NCBI GenBank assembly: GCA_964554805.1 | Contig: CAZKPX010000005.1 | Span: 15,935 to 79,934, forward strand | DNA length: 64,000 nt | Origin: an uncultured Candidatus Saccharibacteria bacterium | Lineage (GTDB): Bacteria > Patescibacteriota > CAZHWT01 | Direction: 5' to 3' | Shown here: positions 18,701 through 27,068 of the stretch, piece after piece | Layout: each line of letters starts with the position of its first letter | Position numbering within the stretch: position 1 is the first letter of the stretch | The notes under the pieces: model-generated | What the model was told of the DNA's origin: nothing | What the model saw: only the letters and a program-made list of their open reading frames with translations | The model's database searches: none | Position numbers and translations under genes: made by a program

Positions 18701-19870
18701 TCCTACGACCTGCTTAAACTATCTGCAGATGATGTCAATTTTCTTTTAACTCAAGATAAGAACTTTGATGATATAAAACTATCAGATCTTGAGAACCGGA
18801 ATCGTGATAGTATTAAGGGTAATAATGCAGGAGTAAATCAAGTGAGATTCAAAGCAATAGTTGGCAATCCTCCATACCAAGAGAATATCAAGAATCGAGG
18901 CGATCAACCGCCTATATACCACCACTTTCTAGAGACTGCCTACAATCTTTCAGATATTGTGTCAATGATCCACCCTGCAAGGTTCTTGTTTAATGCAGGG
19001 TTGACCCCTAGGGACTGGAATCAAAAGATGCTTAACGACAAGCATCTTAAGGTAGCATACTTTGAACAGAAATCAATGAATGTGTTCCCCAATACTGACA
19101 TTAAAGGTGGGATTGCTATTACACTTCGCGATACGAGTAAAGATTTTGGCGCAATTAAGGTATTCACTAGCTTGCCTGAGCTTAACTCTATATTGAATAA
19201 AGTCGAGCCTCAAACAATTGATACTCTAGATAAACATATAACTGGGCGCGGTGTTTATCGCCTTACAGAAGATGCACTGCGAGATCACCCGGAAATAGAA
19301 AGACTCCAATCTGTAGGCCACAAGACTGATGTTGGCTCTGGAGCTCTTAGAGTCTTAAAGGGTATTGTTCTATTTGAAAATAAACCGATTGATGAAAACG
19401 AGTATGTGCAAGTTATTGGGTTATTAGACAATCGTCGAGTTTACTATTGGATTGACCAAAGGTACTTGAGTCAGCCAAAGAACTTCAAGAAATATAAGAT
19501 TATTGTACCTAAGGCAAATGGGTCCGGGGCAATTGGTGAAATTCTAAGCACACCCCTAATCGGGGAGCCCCTAATCGGGTACACGGAGACTTTCATTGGA
19601 ATTGGTGAATTTAGTGCTGAAGTTGAAGCTAGGGCAGCGTTGAAGTATGTAAAATCAAAATTTGCACGAACGTTGCTGGGCGTACTAAAGATTACTCAAG
19701 ATAACCCGCGAGGCAAATGGGCAAAAGTTCCCTACCAAGACTTCACCAGCGCATCTGATATCGATTGGACTAGATCGGTAGCCGAGATCGATCGGCAGCT
19801 TTATGCTAAATATAACTTAAGCCCACAAGAAATTGAGTTTATTGAAGCTCGTGTTAAGGCTATGGAGTAG
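15800..19870 (+). CDS. SNF2/DEAD-like helicase fused to gamma-class N6-adenine DNA methyltransferase (Eco57I/N6_Mtase-like)
   Basis: Helicase motifs MRFGKS (I), LLIIDETHFGAR (II, DExH) and LSGTPYR (III). An acidic linker follows. MTase motif I is LDMASKSGSFAHAF and motif IV is IVGNPPYQE; about 250 aa follow the MTase core and may form a TRD. 1356 aa. Confidence 0.75.
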   Translation: MAKIDDSLLQGIITGRVEPHIYSFETNTLPNYLKVGDTYRPVDERLNEWRKYYKDLTEVSRHKAIAAEGVFFRDYSVHKHLRSKGKVQANFDPVSNFYSAEFFSDTKKTDVEQAVEQIVKSYPESSIYDYYHNLKDRIEYRFTRNKDFAPRDNQQEVINRFKEAVNAGRANLLMYAVMRFGKSITSIWAAKQIDSKLTVVVSAKADVRLEWKQTVESHKDFAGYRFMDSEDLRQSPDIEQLYGQTFKAGSETEEVCTNIVLFLTLQDLAGSTAAIKKRHEFLQEANVDLLIIDETHFGARAQVLGKILAGTEISDVDKEMLSTMEDQDDIGKPKELKAINAKVKLHLSGTPYRILMGSEFEPEDIIAFVQFSDIYEAKLKWATDNLETDEWHNPYYGFPQMVRFAFNPNESSRKLLDGIPGSKPSDLLAPISTSSSNPNYETFQHEQEVLELFGALDGSLSDTQLLGVLDSPIIKNGKLARHIVIVLPFRASCDALEKLLVSNKDEFRNIAEYRLFNISGHNKELSTPEEVKAAISNAEADGDKTITLTVNKMLTGSTVPQWDTMIYLKGTASPQEYDQAVFRLQSPWVEVYEDGEGNRIAYDMKPQTLLVDLDPTRLFSLQEAKAFTYGANAGQIGNEQIESFIERELKISPIIAVNTENNKLVEINATNVMDQVRDYAASRTIVEDVGDVGVDLTLFDNEEILAMISSLSEMGGRNGLNIRPAEDEGQELDITEEVDDHASGDDPTLDPTTTGTPAPTSDSETAASNSSLEKKFRSYYAQILLYAFLTDTEVKNLSSVIASIEANDDNRRIAKNLGLRASDLQLIRDNVNWSVLRSLDYKIQNTDYRAIDESISPEEHIEIAISKFGRLSESEIFTPAIIANKIFEGFDSDFWDSLNSEIVLDMASKSGSFAHAFVLVAEENGASRVDLRDRFYSIPTSPAAYEFTLKMYKAIGLNSHNIAQHFNSYDLLKLSADDVNFLLTQDKNFDDIKLSDLENRNRDSIKGNNAGVNQVRFKAIVGNPPYQENIKNRGDQPPIYHHFLETAYNLSDIVSMIHPARFLFNAGLTPRDWNQKMLNDKHLKVAYFEQKSMNVFPNTDIKGGIAITLRDTSKDFGAIKVFTSLPELNSILNKVEPQTIDTLDKHITGRGVYRLTEDALRDHPEIERLQSVGHKTDVGSGALRVLKGIVLFENKPIDENEYVQVIGLLDNRRVYYWIDQRYLSQPKNFKKYKIIVPKANGSGAIGEILSTPLIGEPLIGYTETFIGIGEFSAEVEARAALKYVKSKFARTLLGVLKITQDNPRGKWAKVPYQDFTSASDIDWTRSVAEIDRQLYAKYNLSPQEIEFIEARVKAME

Positions 19871-19875
19871 CGGTT

Positions 19876-21534
19876 ATGGCTACGGTAAATGGTGTTGATA
19901 TTCTTGAAAACAAGCTCAGGCGTAAAGGTTGCCTACTAGATGCGCTTCTTCTCGACCAATCCACTAAAAGAAACTTGATTTGGGGTACCGACTCGTATAT
20001 GCATTTAGGAGAAAAATATTTACCTGAAGCACAGATTCTTCCAGGACTAGTGACTGGTAAGAATGGGCTTTTAATCCAACCTAGGGCAGCAAAGAGTATT
20101 GTTGAGCAAAAACAGCGAACAAAGGATAAGGCAGAGGTTTTTACTCCTTTACATGTCGTTGACCAGATTAATGCACTCACAGATACCATTGAAGTAGATA
20201 GCGAAAATTGGCAGGACTATGTTAAGGAATTGAGGCTTGAGATTGCCTGTGGTGAAGCGCCATTCATTGTTAGTCGGTATGACCCCACCTTGCCGGCTGG
20301 GGGTACGGTTAAAATTAATCAAAGAGTCGGCTTCTTAGATAAAAAACTAATGGCAGTGTCTAGATTCTGCAATAAGCGAGCCGAATGGCTACATTGGGCT
20401 ATGGAGGCTTTTAAATCTAGCTATGGATTTGAATGGCAAGGAGACAACGTATTAATTGCGCGAGAAAACTTATTATATACACTCCTCGATTATTACTATG
20501 AAAAATTTGGCCATAGGCTTCGACTGTCTGCTCAACAAGAGTTTGCGGAAGTGATCAGCTGGAACATCTTTCAGATGGATGGATTGAAATTTGTTACGCC
20601 TATGAGCTGTCAAACTGAGATGACTGCTGAGCAAGGAGCCATCACATTATTCGATGATGAGCCCGACGCTGTTCGAGAGGCTAAATGCGAGGGGTGCAGA
20701 TTGGACATTCAAGAAAAACATAATGGGGTGTATGCTAAAGTAATGGATTGGGAGCAAGAGAAATCTAGGCGATTTATTGATCTGCTTTCTTATAAGAATC
20801 TGCTCCTATCTCCAGTCAAAACAAATGCACTGGGGCGACTAAAAGAGAGCAGCATGATTGCAAGGAATGCAAGTGAAGAAAAAATTTATAAGTTACTTCT
20901 AGAAATTGGCTACACTGCAGATATGATTCAAGAACCTGACAAGGTTAATGACCTGAATCCAGAAAAAGCTGTAGACTATGTATTGCCTGAAATCGCCATA
21001 GAGGTTAAAGAAATATACAACCCAGATATAATGTCTGACGCCGAGAGGATGAAGAGCGATTTTGACCGAGATGGCTACTCAGTCTTTGTGGCTCCAAATA
21101 TCAGTCAGAGCATTAAAACTCATCTCGACTCTACCGTTAAGAAGCTAAAGAATTTTCCAGATGTTCAATCATTGCTAATCATAGACATATCCCAGTTGGT
21201 ATATCCTCCGGATATTGAAGCGGTAGTTCTAGGATCGGAAGCTATAGAAGGTTATTTGTCCGATGCGGATGGCGAGCGCAAGTTTGTTGAGACCGATCGT
21301 GGCTGGCTGGGTAAGCTTTTTCAAGAAAAGCAATATACTAGTATTGGAGCAATAGCCTTCTTGTCAAATATTAAATTCTCGGTGTTCCACAATCTTAGTG
21401 CCAAGAAGGAAAGAAAATTATCCATCCATCGCTTATGCGATATTGCAAACATAAAGTCACTCTCAGTAGAGCAATTTGCTTTCTACAATATCAATCGGGG
21501 CCCGAGCGCTATAAGGAAAATAGAAGTTAGCTAA
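19876..21534 (+). CDS. hypothetical protein, partner of the helicase-MTase; possible PD-(D/E)xK-like nuclease segment
   Basis: Starts 6 nt after the stop of the MTase fusion. The segment AVDYVLPEIAIEVKEIY looks like a D...ExK (or Vsr/DUF559-like) core. No other motif recognised. Confidence 0.35.
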   Translation: MATVNGVDILENKLRRKGCLLDALLLDQSTKRNLIWGTDSYMHLGEKYLPEAQILPGLVTGKNGLLIQPRAAKSIVEQKQRTKDKAEVFTPLHVVDQINALTDTIEVDSENWQDYVKELRLEIACGEAPFIVSRYDPTLPAGGTVKINQRVGFLDKKLMAVSRFCNKRAEWLHWAMEAFKSSYGFEWQGDNVLIARENLLYTLLDYYYEKFGHRLRLSAQQEFAEVISWNIFQMDGLKFVTPMSCQTEMTAEQGAITLFDDEPDAVREAKCEGCRLDIQEKHNGVYAKVMDWEQEKSRRFIDLLSYKNLLLSPVKTNALGRLKESSMIARNASEEKIYKLLLEIGYTADMIQEPDKVNDLNPEKAVDYVLPEIAIEVKEIYNPDIMSDAERMKSDFDRDGYSVFVAPNISQSIKTHLDSTVKKLKNFPDVQSLLIIDISQLVYPPDIEAVVLGSEAIEGYLSDADGERKFVETDRGWLGKLFQEKQYTSIGAIAFLSNIKFSVFHNLSAKKERKLSIHRLCDIANIKSLSVEQFAFYNINRGPSAIRKIEVS

Positions 21535-21555
21535 GGCTAAGAATTAAGGCACTAA

Positions 21556-22146
21556 ATGGAAGATCTTGAAAAGTATATTAATGTTAAAGACCTAGTTACT
21601 AACTTAGTGTTTTGGGGGATTGTAGGTGTTACAGGTATACTTGCTACTCTACATAGAAAGCTTATCTGGGATAAAGTTAAACCTTTTATAAATATAAAGG
21701 TATCTTTTAGAAAAAAGCCTGAACTCCCAAAAGTAATTTTTACCAAAGATAGTATAAAAATTCTGTTTGTTGACGACCAAGAGATGCCAATTGTTGAGAA
21801 TTTAGATTCAGCAGGTTGGGATGTAAGATTAATAAAAGATATTACAGATCTAAAATCAGATGAAATTATTAATAGGCAAATAATCTTCGTTGACTATGAT
21901 GGTGTAGGCAGAAAGTTTTCAGAAGAGCACCAAGGAGTGGAGCTCATAAAAATACTGAAAGATGAATATAAGGAAACTAAATTCGTTGTGCTTTACACTT
22001 CTATGGCAAACCTACCCACAGATACAACTTTTACAACATCCTTTGATTTAGCAGATGATAAAATGAGAAAAAATGCAAATACTTCTGAGTTTATCGATAA
22101 GATCAATAAGGCTATTAAAAAGCTCAACGGTAATGAAGAAGAATGA
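21556..22146 (+). CDS. membrane-anchored receiver-domain-only protein (CheY-like REC with N-terminal TM helix)
   Basis: TM helix VFWGIVGVTGILATL. Then KILFVDDQ (acidic pocket), IIFVDYDG (candidate phospho-Asp) and VVLYTS (conserved Thr/Ser). No output domain. Confidence 0.45.
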   Translation: MEDLEKYINVKDLVTNLVFWGIVGVTGILATLHRKLIWDKVKPFINIKVSFRKKPELPKVIFTKDSIKILFVDDQEMPIVENLDSAGWDVRLIKDITDLKSDEIINRQIIFVDYDGVGRKFSEEHQGVELIKILKDEYKETKFVVLYTSMANLPTDTTFTTSFDLADDKMRKNANTSEFIDKINKAIKKLNGNEEE

Positions 22147-23147
22147 TTTATTTTGAAATAGTAGACAAAAATGGATATGTCATAGCCGGAAACGTGGATG
22201 AGTTTAGTCAAGTATCTAGCTTTAGAGAGAATAAGATTCAGTCCACGCATGTTAATGGAGTTGGCGTAAAATCTACATTTGTTAAAAAAGAAAACTATAG
22301 CTTATGGCTAATATTAGAAAATGAAAAGGATTATCTAAGAAGTTCGAGAAGGTTAAAACTACTTACAGATACCTATTTAATAGTAGCTGAAAGCATGTGG
22401 CAGCAACAAAAGAAATTACTGGATATCCATGCTCATTCATTAAGAACGATATCTGGACGTATGCAGCAAAAGCTGGAAGGCTTCTCAATGCCTGAGCGAT
22501 ACCAAGCCGCAAACTATAAAGACTCTGTAGCAAAACTGATTAATATTGTCAAAAGCCAGCCAAATAAAGCAGGAGAGCTTATATTCTATCAGAGTAAACG
22601 TATCGTAGACTTGCAAATGCATTTATTATCTATTGATATAATTCAAGAAAGTCCATTTTTACAAATTGACTTCCAGCTTGTAGATTTAAGCAAGAGTTTG
22701 TTAAATTTTTATACCCCATTCTCGGATAGATTTCATGAGGTTGATGTAATTGTTAATTTCGACTCAAGTCTTGAGACAAGAGTTAAGGTTGACAGAAAAA
22801 TGTTTAATCTTGCAATACATAATATTATTGACAATGCAGCAAAATACTCAATGCCTGGTTCGAAAATTTACATTACCCTAGACAGGGAAAGTAAGAGACT
22901 GCTCTTTAAAATGCAGAGTCTTCGTATAGACAAGGATGAAAGAAGCTTAGTATTTGATGATGGTTATAGAGGACATCACACAAATGCTAAATTCATGGGA
23001 TCTGGTCATGGGATGTATATGACAAAGAGGGCGCTATCTAAAATGGATATGACTATTTCAGTGGAGGTTAATTACGAGAATTGCACACCTTATGAAAATG
23101 ACCAATACACTGAAAATACAATAGTTATTTCTGGGCTAAAACAGTAA
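22143..23147 (+). CDS. soluble histidine kinase (HisKA + HATPase_c) with a short N-terminal domain
   Basis: H-box LDIHAHSLRTISGRM, N-box IHNIIDNAAKYS, G1 VFDDGYRGH, G2 GSGHGMYMTKRAL. No TM helix. The start overlaps the upstream stop (ATGA). Confidence 0.65.
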   Translation: MIYFEIVDKNGYVIAGNVDEFSQVSSFRENKIQSTHVNGVGVKSTFVKKENYSLWLILENEKDYLRSSRRLKLLTDTYLIVAESMWQQQKKLLDIHAHSLRTISGRMQQKLEGFSMPERYQAANYKDSVAKLINIVKSQPNKAGELIFYQSKRIVDLQMHLLSIDIIQESPFLQIDFQLVDLSKSLLNFYTPFSDRFHEVDVIVNFDSSLETRVKVDRKMFNLAIHNIIDNAAKYSMPGSKIYITLDRESKRLLFKMQSLRIDKDERSLVFDDGYRGHHTNAKFMGSGHGMYMTKRALSKMDMTISVEVNYENCTPYENDQYTENTIVISGLKQ

Positions 23148-23189
23148 AGCACTAGCTTTTACAAATAATCATTTATTACTGACTTAAAG

Positions 23190-24392
23190 CTAGAGTGCAT
23201 GAGTACTCATCTTGTCTCCAGAAAAGTATTCCGGAATTAGGGGGTTGTATCTAAACCACATATACATTGCTTGTTCTACGAGATCTAAATCTATTTCACC
23301 GCTAACCTTGAATAATTTATATCGGATACCCACCCTTTCATCTACATCGCCATTATTGTCGATTAGCTGATAAATTTCGTCGTAATCTTCTCTAGAGAAC
23401 ACCCTAACTGCAGCATCAAAGTGTTCAAATTTCCCTATATTTTGATCATAAACCAGATGTGCATAGCGCTGTATCGCATACTCATTCCCTATTCCTGGAG
23501 CCAGCTTTCTCTGAGTAGAACCATAGTAGTTCACTTCACTTAGGCAGTATTCCTCAATTGATATAGACCTTAATCCCGCCCGCTTATCCATCATCTTCGT
23601 TCTAAATATTGTGTACTTAATCGGATAAGTAAGATCATCTTGAGGATTATGATGCAATGTTCTTTCTGCCAAGAACCTATCATTCAACAAATCTTGGTTG
23701 AACTTTGGGCCATACCAATGATCTAGCTCAATGATTTCTTGATACCACTTTTTATCAGATACTCTAGTGGGATCTATTCTGACCTCTACCTCATGTCCTT
23801 TATTCAATGCATTTTGAAGTGGTACATGAATTCCTGCGAAGTTGCCTGAGAAACATCTTCGTAGGAAAGGATGCAAGAATAGGAGCTTTGAATCATCAAG
23901 TATTAATCCTTGAGGCAAAAGATCTATCCTCGCTAGACTAAGCGAAATTAGCCCGTTGTTGTGCTGTATATTAAGAGATTCTAAGAGCTCATGATTATTA
24001 ACTTGTGCTACATGATCATCAATCTTAGGTCTTGAGATCTCCATAATGTTATAAATTGCCTGCAATGCAAATATTTGCATTGATTCATCTTCAGGCTTAT
24101 CTCTTGCTAGAAACCTTGCATGGCTCACCCAATTATCTCCAGGCGGGCAATCGTTGATTAACTCCTGTGCATTTCGTTCAGCTAATTTTTTTAGTAATCT
24201 ATCTGCTAGCTCCTTCGCTGGAGTGCTTAAGTCGCTAGGCGAGGTGGAATTCAGAGCTATATGCAAGTCTCTTTTATTGTCAGAATTACGATCAATTAAT
24301 ACTTTATACACCTTTTCTCCAAGACTCATTGTATCTTGGTCAAAAAGGATATTGTTTAGTGCTTTTAGTGAGTCAGACATTCTAGTTATCAT
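23190..24392 (-). CDS. hypothetical protein (400 aa), convergent with the two-component pair
   Basis: Long ORF with no recognised motif. Coding looks coherent, with no internal stops and a balanced composition. Confidence 0.45.
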   Translation of the reverse strand: MITRMSDSLKALNNILFDQDTMSLGEKVYKVLIDRNSDNKRDLHIALNSTSPSDLSTPAKELADRLLKKLAERNAQELINDCPPGDNWVSHARFLARDKPEDESMQIFALQAIYNIMEISRPKIDDHVAQVNNHELLESLNIQHNNGLISLSLARIDLLPQGLILDDSKLLFLHPFLRRCFSGNFAGIHVPLQNALNKGHEVEVRIDPTRVSDKKWYQEIIELDHWYGPKFNQDLLNDRFLAERTLHHNPQDDLTYPIKYTIFRTKMMDKRAGLRSISIEEYCLSEVNYYGSTQRKLAPGIGNEYAIQRYAHLVYDQNIGKFEHFDAAVRVFSREDYDEIYQLIDNNGDVDERVGIRYKLFKVSGEIDLDLVEQAMYMWFRYNPLIPEYFSGDKMSTHAL

Positions 24393-24494
24393 ACCTTAGT
24401 GCACATAAGGTGCAAAGGCTGTGATGCACACCACAAGCACTCAATGCTAGCATGCTATACTTTACCCAAATCAGGCAAAGTTTTGATTACACTC

Positions 24495-24785
24495 ATGGCT
24501 GCCAAAGACTACGCTTTAACCTCTACTAGGATTCAGTTATTAAAACTGTTTGAACATAACAAGGAAGTTCTCGAACACGACTTGCTCTCGTATTTTTCAG
24601 AAAGGCGCCAAAAGCCTGCTCTATCTGAGATTTATCAGCTTGTTCGCGATGGCCTACTCGAAAGAAGCAACTGGGATCGCTCAGGTGTTTATGTAACAAA
24701 CAAGTACTACAAGATAACCCCCTATGGTCAAGAAGTTCTTGATACACTACTTTCGAAAGACCACATCATTAATCCATCTCTCTAG
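24495..24785 (+). CDS. small winged-helix (PadR-like?) regulator
   Basis: Pattern YQLVRDGLLER...YYKITPYGQEVL suggests a wHTH. The ORF track starts at 24399, only 6 nt from the divergent gene, so ATG 24495 is preferred. The intergenic region has TGCTATACT and TGCACA direct repeats. Confidence 0.3.
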   Translation: MAAKDYALTSTRIQLLKLFEHNKEVLEHDLLSYFSERRQKPALSEIYQLVRDGLLERSNWDRSGVYVTNKYYKITPYGQEVLDTLLSKDHIINPSL

Positions 24786-24816
24786 CTCCAAATCGATTTA
24801 ATCCAAGGAGGAGTCA

Positions 24817-25986
24817 TTGGAAGAGCAACCTACAATCCACCACCTTAAAGACATTTCTTATTATGAAGACCTTTACGACCGACTCACTGTAGATAGGTGC
24901 CGTAGAAGCGAGGCAACGGTTATAAAGGCATATAACAATGCTAAGCAGCGTGATCTCTCTGAAATAGACCCTGAGGTTGAAGACCCGCAGTTTGAACTCT
25001 ATAAAGTTTTTGGGCTTGCCCATTGGTTTGCCACTGAATGGGTAGCTGGAGAATGCTGGGAAGAGCGTCAAGCGACAATCAATGAGTGGATGGAGCGAGA
25101 CAAGATCAGAGATGATCAAATAGAGTCCGCTCAACTCAAACATACCCCTTTATGCAAACACTGCCATTCATCGAAGCTTCGAGTTATCTCTAAAGACTTA
25201 ATGCAAAGATTGGATGACAAAGAAGAGGCACTTTTCCTTTTCGAATGCCTTGATTGCCAAAAGCGAACCGCCATGTGGCACGACGGAAGACCATGGGAAA
25301 AGCGTAAGACGCCTTGTCCAGATTGTAATTCCGCCATGGAAGATTCGGATAGACGGGGAGGTGAAGAGTGCATTATCACAACCTATACTTGCCCTAGTTG
25401 CAAGCATAGTTATGAGGATGCTTTGGATTTAAAAGAAGAACCTAAAAAAGCGCCTGATCCAGATTATGAAAAGGATAAAGCTCGGTTCTGCTTTGATGAT
25501 AAGCGAGGTCAAGAGTTTCTTAAGGCCAAACAGCAGACAATACAGGCAACTGAGCTGATGCGCGAGATGAAAGAGCGCGTAGATAATAAAGACTTATATG
25601 ATAAAGTCGCCAACATTCAAAAGCCTACTGTCCATGAAGTAGAGCAAAGACTAATTAAAACTACTGAGGCCAAAGGATATGCCAAATTTAGTCTTGATAA
25701 CCCAACGGATGATCGCTACAGTGCTGCTGCATTTTCTGTCCGAGATGCTAAATCAGATAGGGGTAAAGATGAAAGTGTTAGCACTTTAGAAAAGCTCATA
25801 AAGCATGAGCTCAAGGATAGCAACTGGCGACTGATGAGTGATGGTGTTAATTATAGGGTAGGTATGCTTACAGGCAGGCTAAGAATCTACGAGGCAGAGG
25901 AAGACCTAATAAAGCTTGTCTCAGCGAGAGAGGGCAAGGATAATCGTGAAATACCTAAGAATAAGCAAAAAGATGCTGGGCAATGA
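24817..25986 (+). CDS. multi-zinc-ribbon protein (four CxxC pairs), highly charged, unknown function
   Basis: CKHC..., CLDC..., CPDC..., CPSC.... TTG start with AAGGAGGAG 5 nt upstream. Confidence 0.45.
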   Translation: MEEQPTIHHLKDISYYEDLYDRLTVDRCRRSEATVIKAYNNAKQRDLSEIDPEVEDPQFELYKVFGLAHWFATEWVAGECWEERQATINEWMERDKIRDDQIESAQLKHTPLCKHCHSSKLRVISKDLMQRLDDKEEALFLFECLDCQKRTAMWHDGRPWEKRKTPCPDCNSAMEDSDRRGGEECIITTYTCPSCKHSYEDALDLKEEPKKAPDPDYEKDKARFCFDDKRGQEFLKAKQQTIQATELMREMKERVDNKDLYDKVANIQKPTVHEVEQRLIKTTEAKGYAKFSLDNPTDDRYSAAAFSVRDAKSDRGKDESVSTLEKLIKHELKDSNWRLMSDGVNYRVGMLTGRLRIYEAEEDLIKLVSAREGKDNREIPKNKQKDAGQ

Positions 25987-26001
25987 TCGCGAAGACCGCC
26001 A

Positions 26002-26010
26002 TGGTATAAT
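26002..26010 (+). promoter_or_regulatory. extended -10 promoter (TGGTATAAT) for a leaderless transcript
   Basis: TGgTATAAT ends 7 nt before ATG 26017. The same CCATGGTATAAT module recurs at 26287. Confidence 0.4.
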
Positions 26011-26016
26011 TCGGCC

Positions 26017-26256
26017 ATGACAGCTATAACATGGACTGATGTCCACGACCCACACAACGAAATTCAAATAAGAGCTACTTTCCATATGTTGCAGGGAAAA
26101 CTTTCTCCCTCCGAAATCCAGGAGATGATTAATGAGAATGGGGTTCCCGGGATGGTCAAAGAGGTAAACCAGTACCTGAAAAAGAACCATATTCACTGGA
26201 CGTTAGTTTTACACCAAAATATTGTGGTTGAAGCATTCGCCTCGGAACTCGCCTAA
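26017..26256 (+). CDS. small hypothetical protein (leaderless)
   Basis: 79-aa ORF beginning at the predicted transcription start. Confidence 0.3.
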   Translation: MTAITWTDVHDPHNEIQIRATFHMLQGKLSPSEIQEMINENGVPGMVKEVNQYLKKNHIHWTLVLHQNIVVEAFASELA

Positions 26257-26289
26257 ATTTTCGGCGAACCCAGCCTTTTGGCTGCTCCA

Positions 26290-26298
26290 TGGTATAAT
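26290..26298 (+). promoter_or_regulatory. extended -10 promoter (TGGTATAAT) for the leaderless XRE regulator
   Basis: TGgTATAAT lies 7 nt upstream of ATG 26305. Confidence 0.4.
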
Positions 26299-26304
26299 CC
26301 CCTT

Positions 26305-26550
26305 ATGAAAAGCACTGAGCCAGAGCCACTGAAAACTGCAGAAAAATCTCTAGCCATTGAAGTTGGTCTAAAAATCATGACAGCTAGAAAAGCAAAGCGA
26401 CTGACTCAACAAGAATTAGCTGAGGCTTCTGGGGTTGATAGAACATATATCAGCCGTATCGAATTAGGGGCAATAAATGCCTCTTTAGATAAATACGTCG
26501 CAATTCTGCGTGCCCTTGGACTTAAGTTCGAAGATGTTATTGAAATTTAA
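26305..26550 (+). CDS. XRE-family (Cro/CI-type) HTH transcriptional regulator, leaderless
   Basis: LTQQELAEASGVDRTYISRIELG is a canonical HTH_XRE motif. The ORF-track start at 26278 would include the -10 element, so ATG 26305 is preferred. Confidence 0.6.
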   Translation: MKSTEPEPLKTAEKSLAIEVGLKIMTARKAKRLTQQELAEASGVDRTYISRIELGAINASLDKYVAILRALGLKFEDVIEI

Positions 26551-26620
26551 GCCTAGCCTAGCTCTAGGAACTTAATCCTTAAATCTTTGATCCATTCAAA
26601 CAAGTGTTCTGCTAACATTG

Positions 26621-26672
26621 TGTCAGGGTCACCAAAAATACCTCGCAACTTTTGTTACGGGGTATTTTTGTT
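26621..26672 (+). terminator. tRNA-3-prime-end remnant (GGGTCACCA) plus intrinsic terminator (AAAAATACCTCGCAAC-tttt-GTTACGGGGTATTTTT)
   Basis: A-tract, stem, T-tract hairpin. A near-identical module lies at 31488-31533. Confidence 0.5.
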
Positions 26673-26715
26673 GTTGCTTCCGGGGAGTCTCACCGCGACA
26701 AAGTCGTCAGGTTCG

Positions 26716-26811
26716 TAGGTAGGAAGAGATTATTGAAACAGCGATTTCAATAATCGGTACTACCGTTACGGATCCGCCAGCCGGCGGAGAAGTTCCCCCT
26801 AGGCATCACCA
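26716..26811 (+). repeat. ~95-nt structured repeat unit ending in a tRNA-Glu 3-prime-like core (CCCCCTAGGCATCACCA); candidate right-end att repeat of island 1
   Basis: About 85% identical to 2093-2183. It carries the same two hairpins and is preceded by a tRNA-like TCAGGTTCG. Confidence 0.5.
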
Positions 26812-27068
26812 TATTAACCCCGAGTTTTTAGGTCGGTGTATTTTATTACTACTTCCCTGAGCCTCATTGCGACAAAGTCGCCCAAGACAGAGCTAGTGAT
26901 TCGCTTAATAGAGGAGAGCAACTCGTCTAGATATCACATCGAAACGACATAACAATTCACCGCCTCCTTTTTATCTGTTATTGTAGGAGAATGTAATATT
27001 CAGTAGGTCAAACCACATCTACGTTTCCTTATTCCTTAGTTTTCAATTAAAATAACTGTACTTCTTAT

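Noticed and set aside
21552-21746. 64-aa minus-strand ORF overlapping the receiver gene start
   Set aside because: It is embedded antisense to the TM-receiver ORF and has no support.
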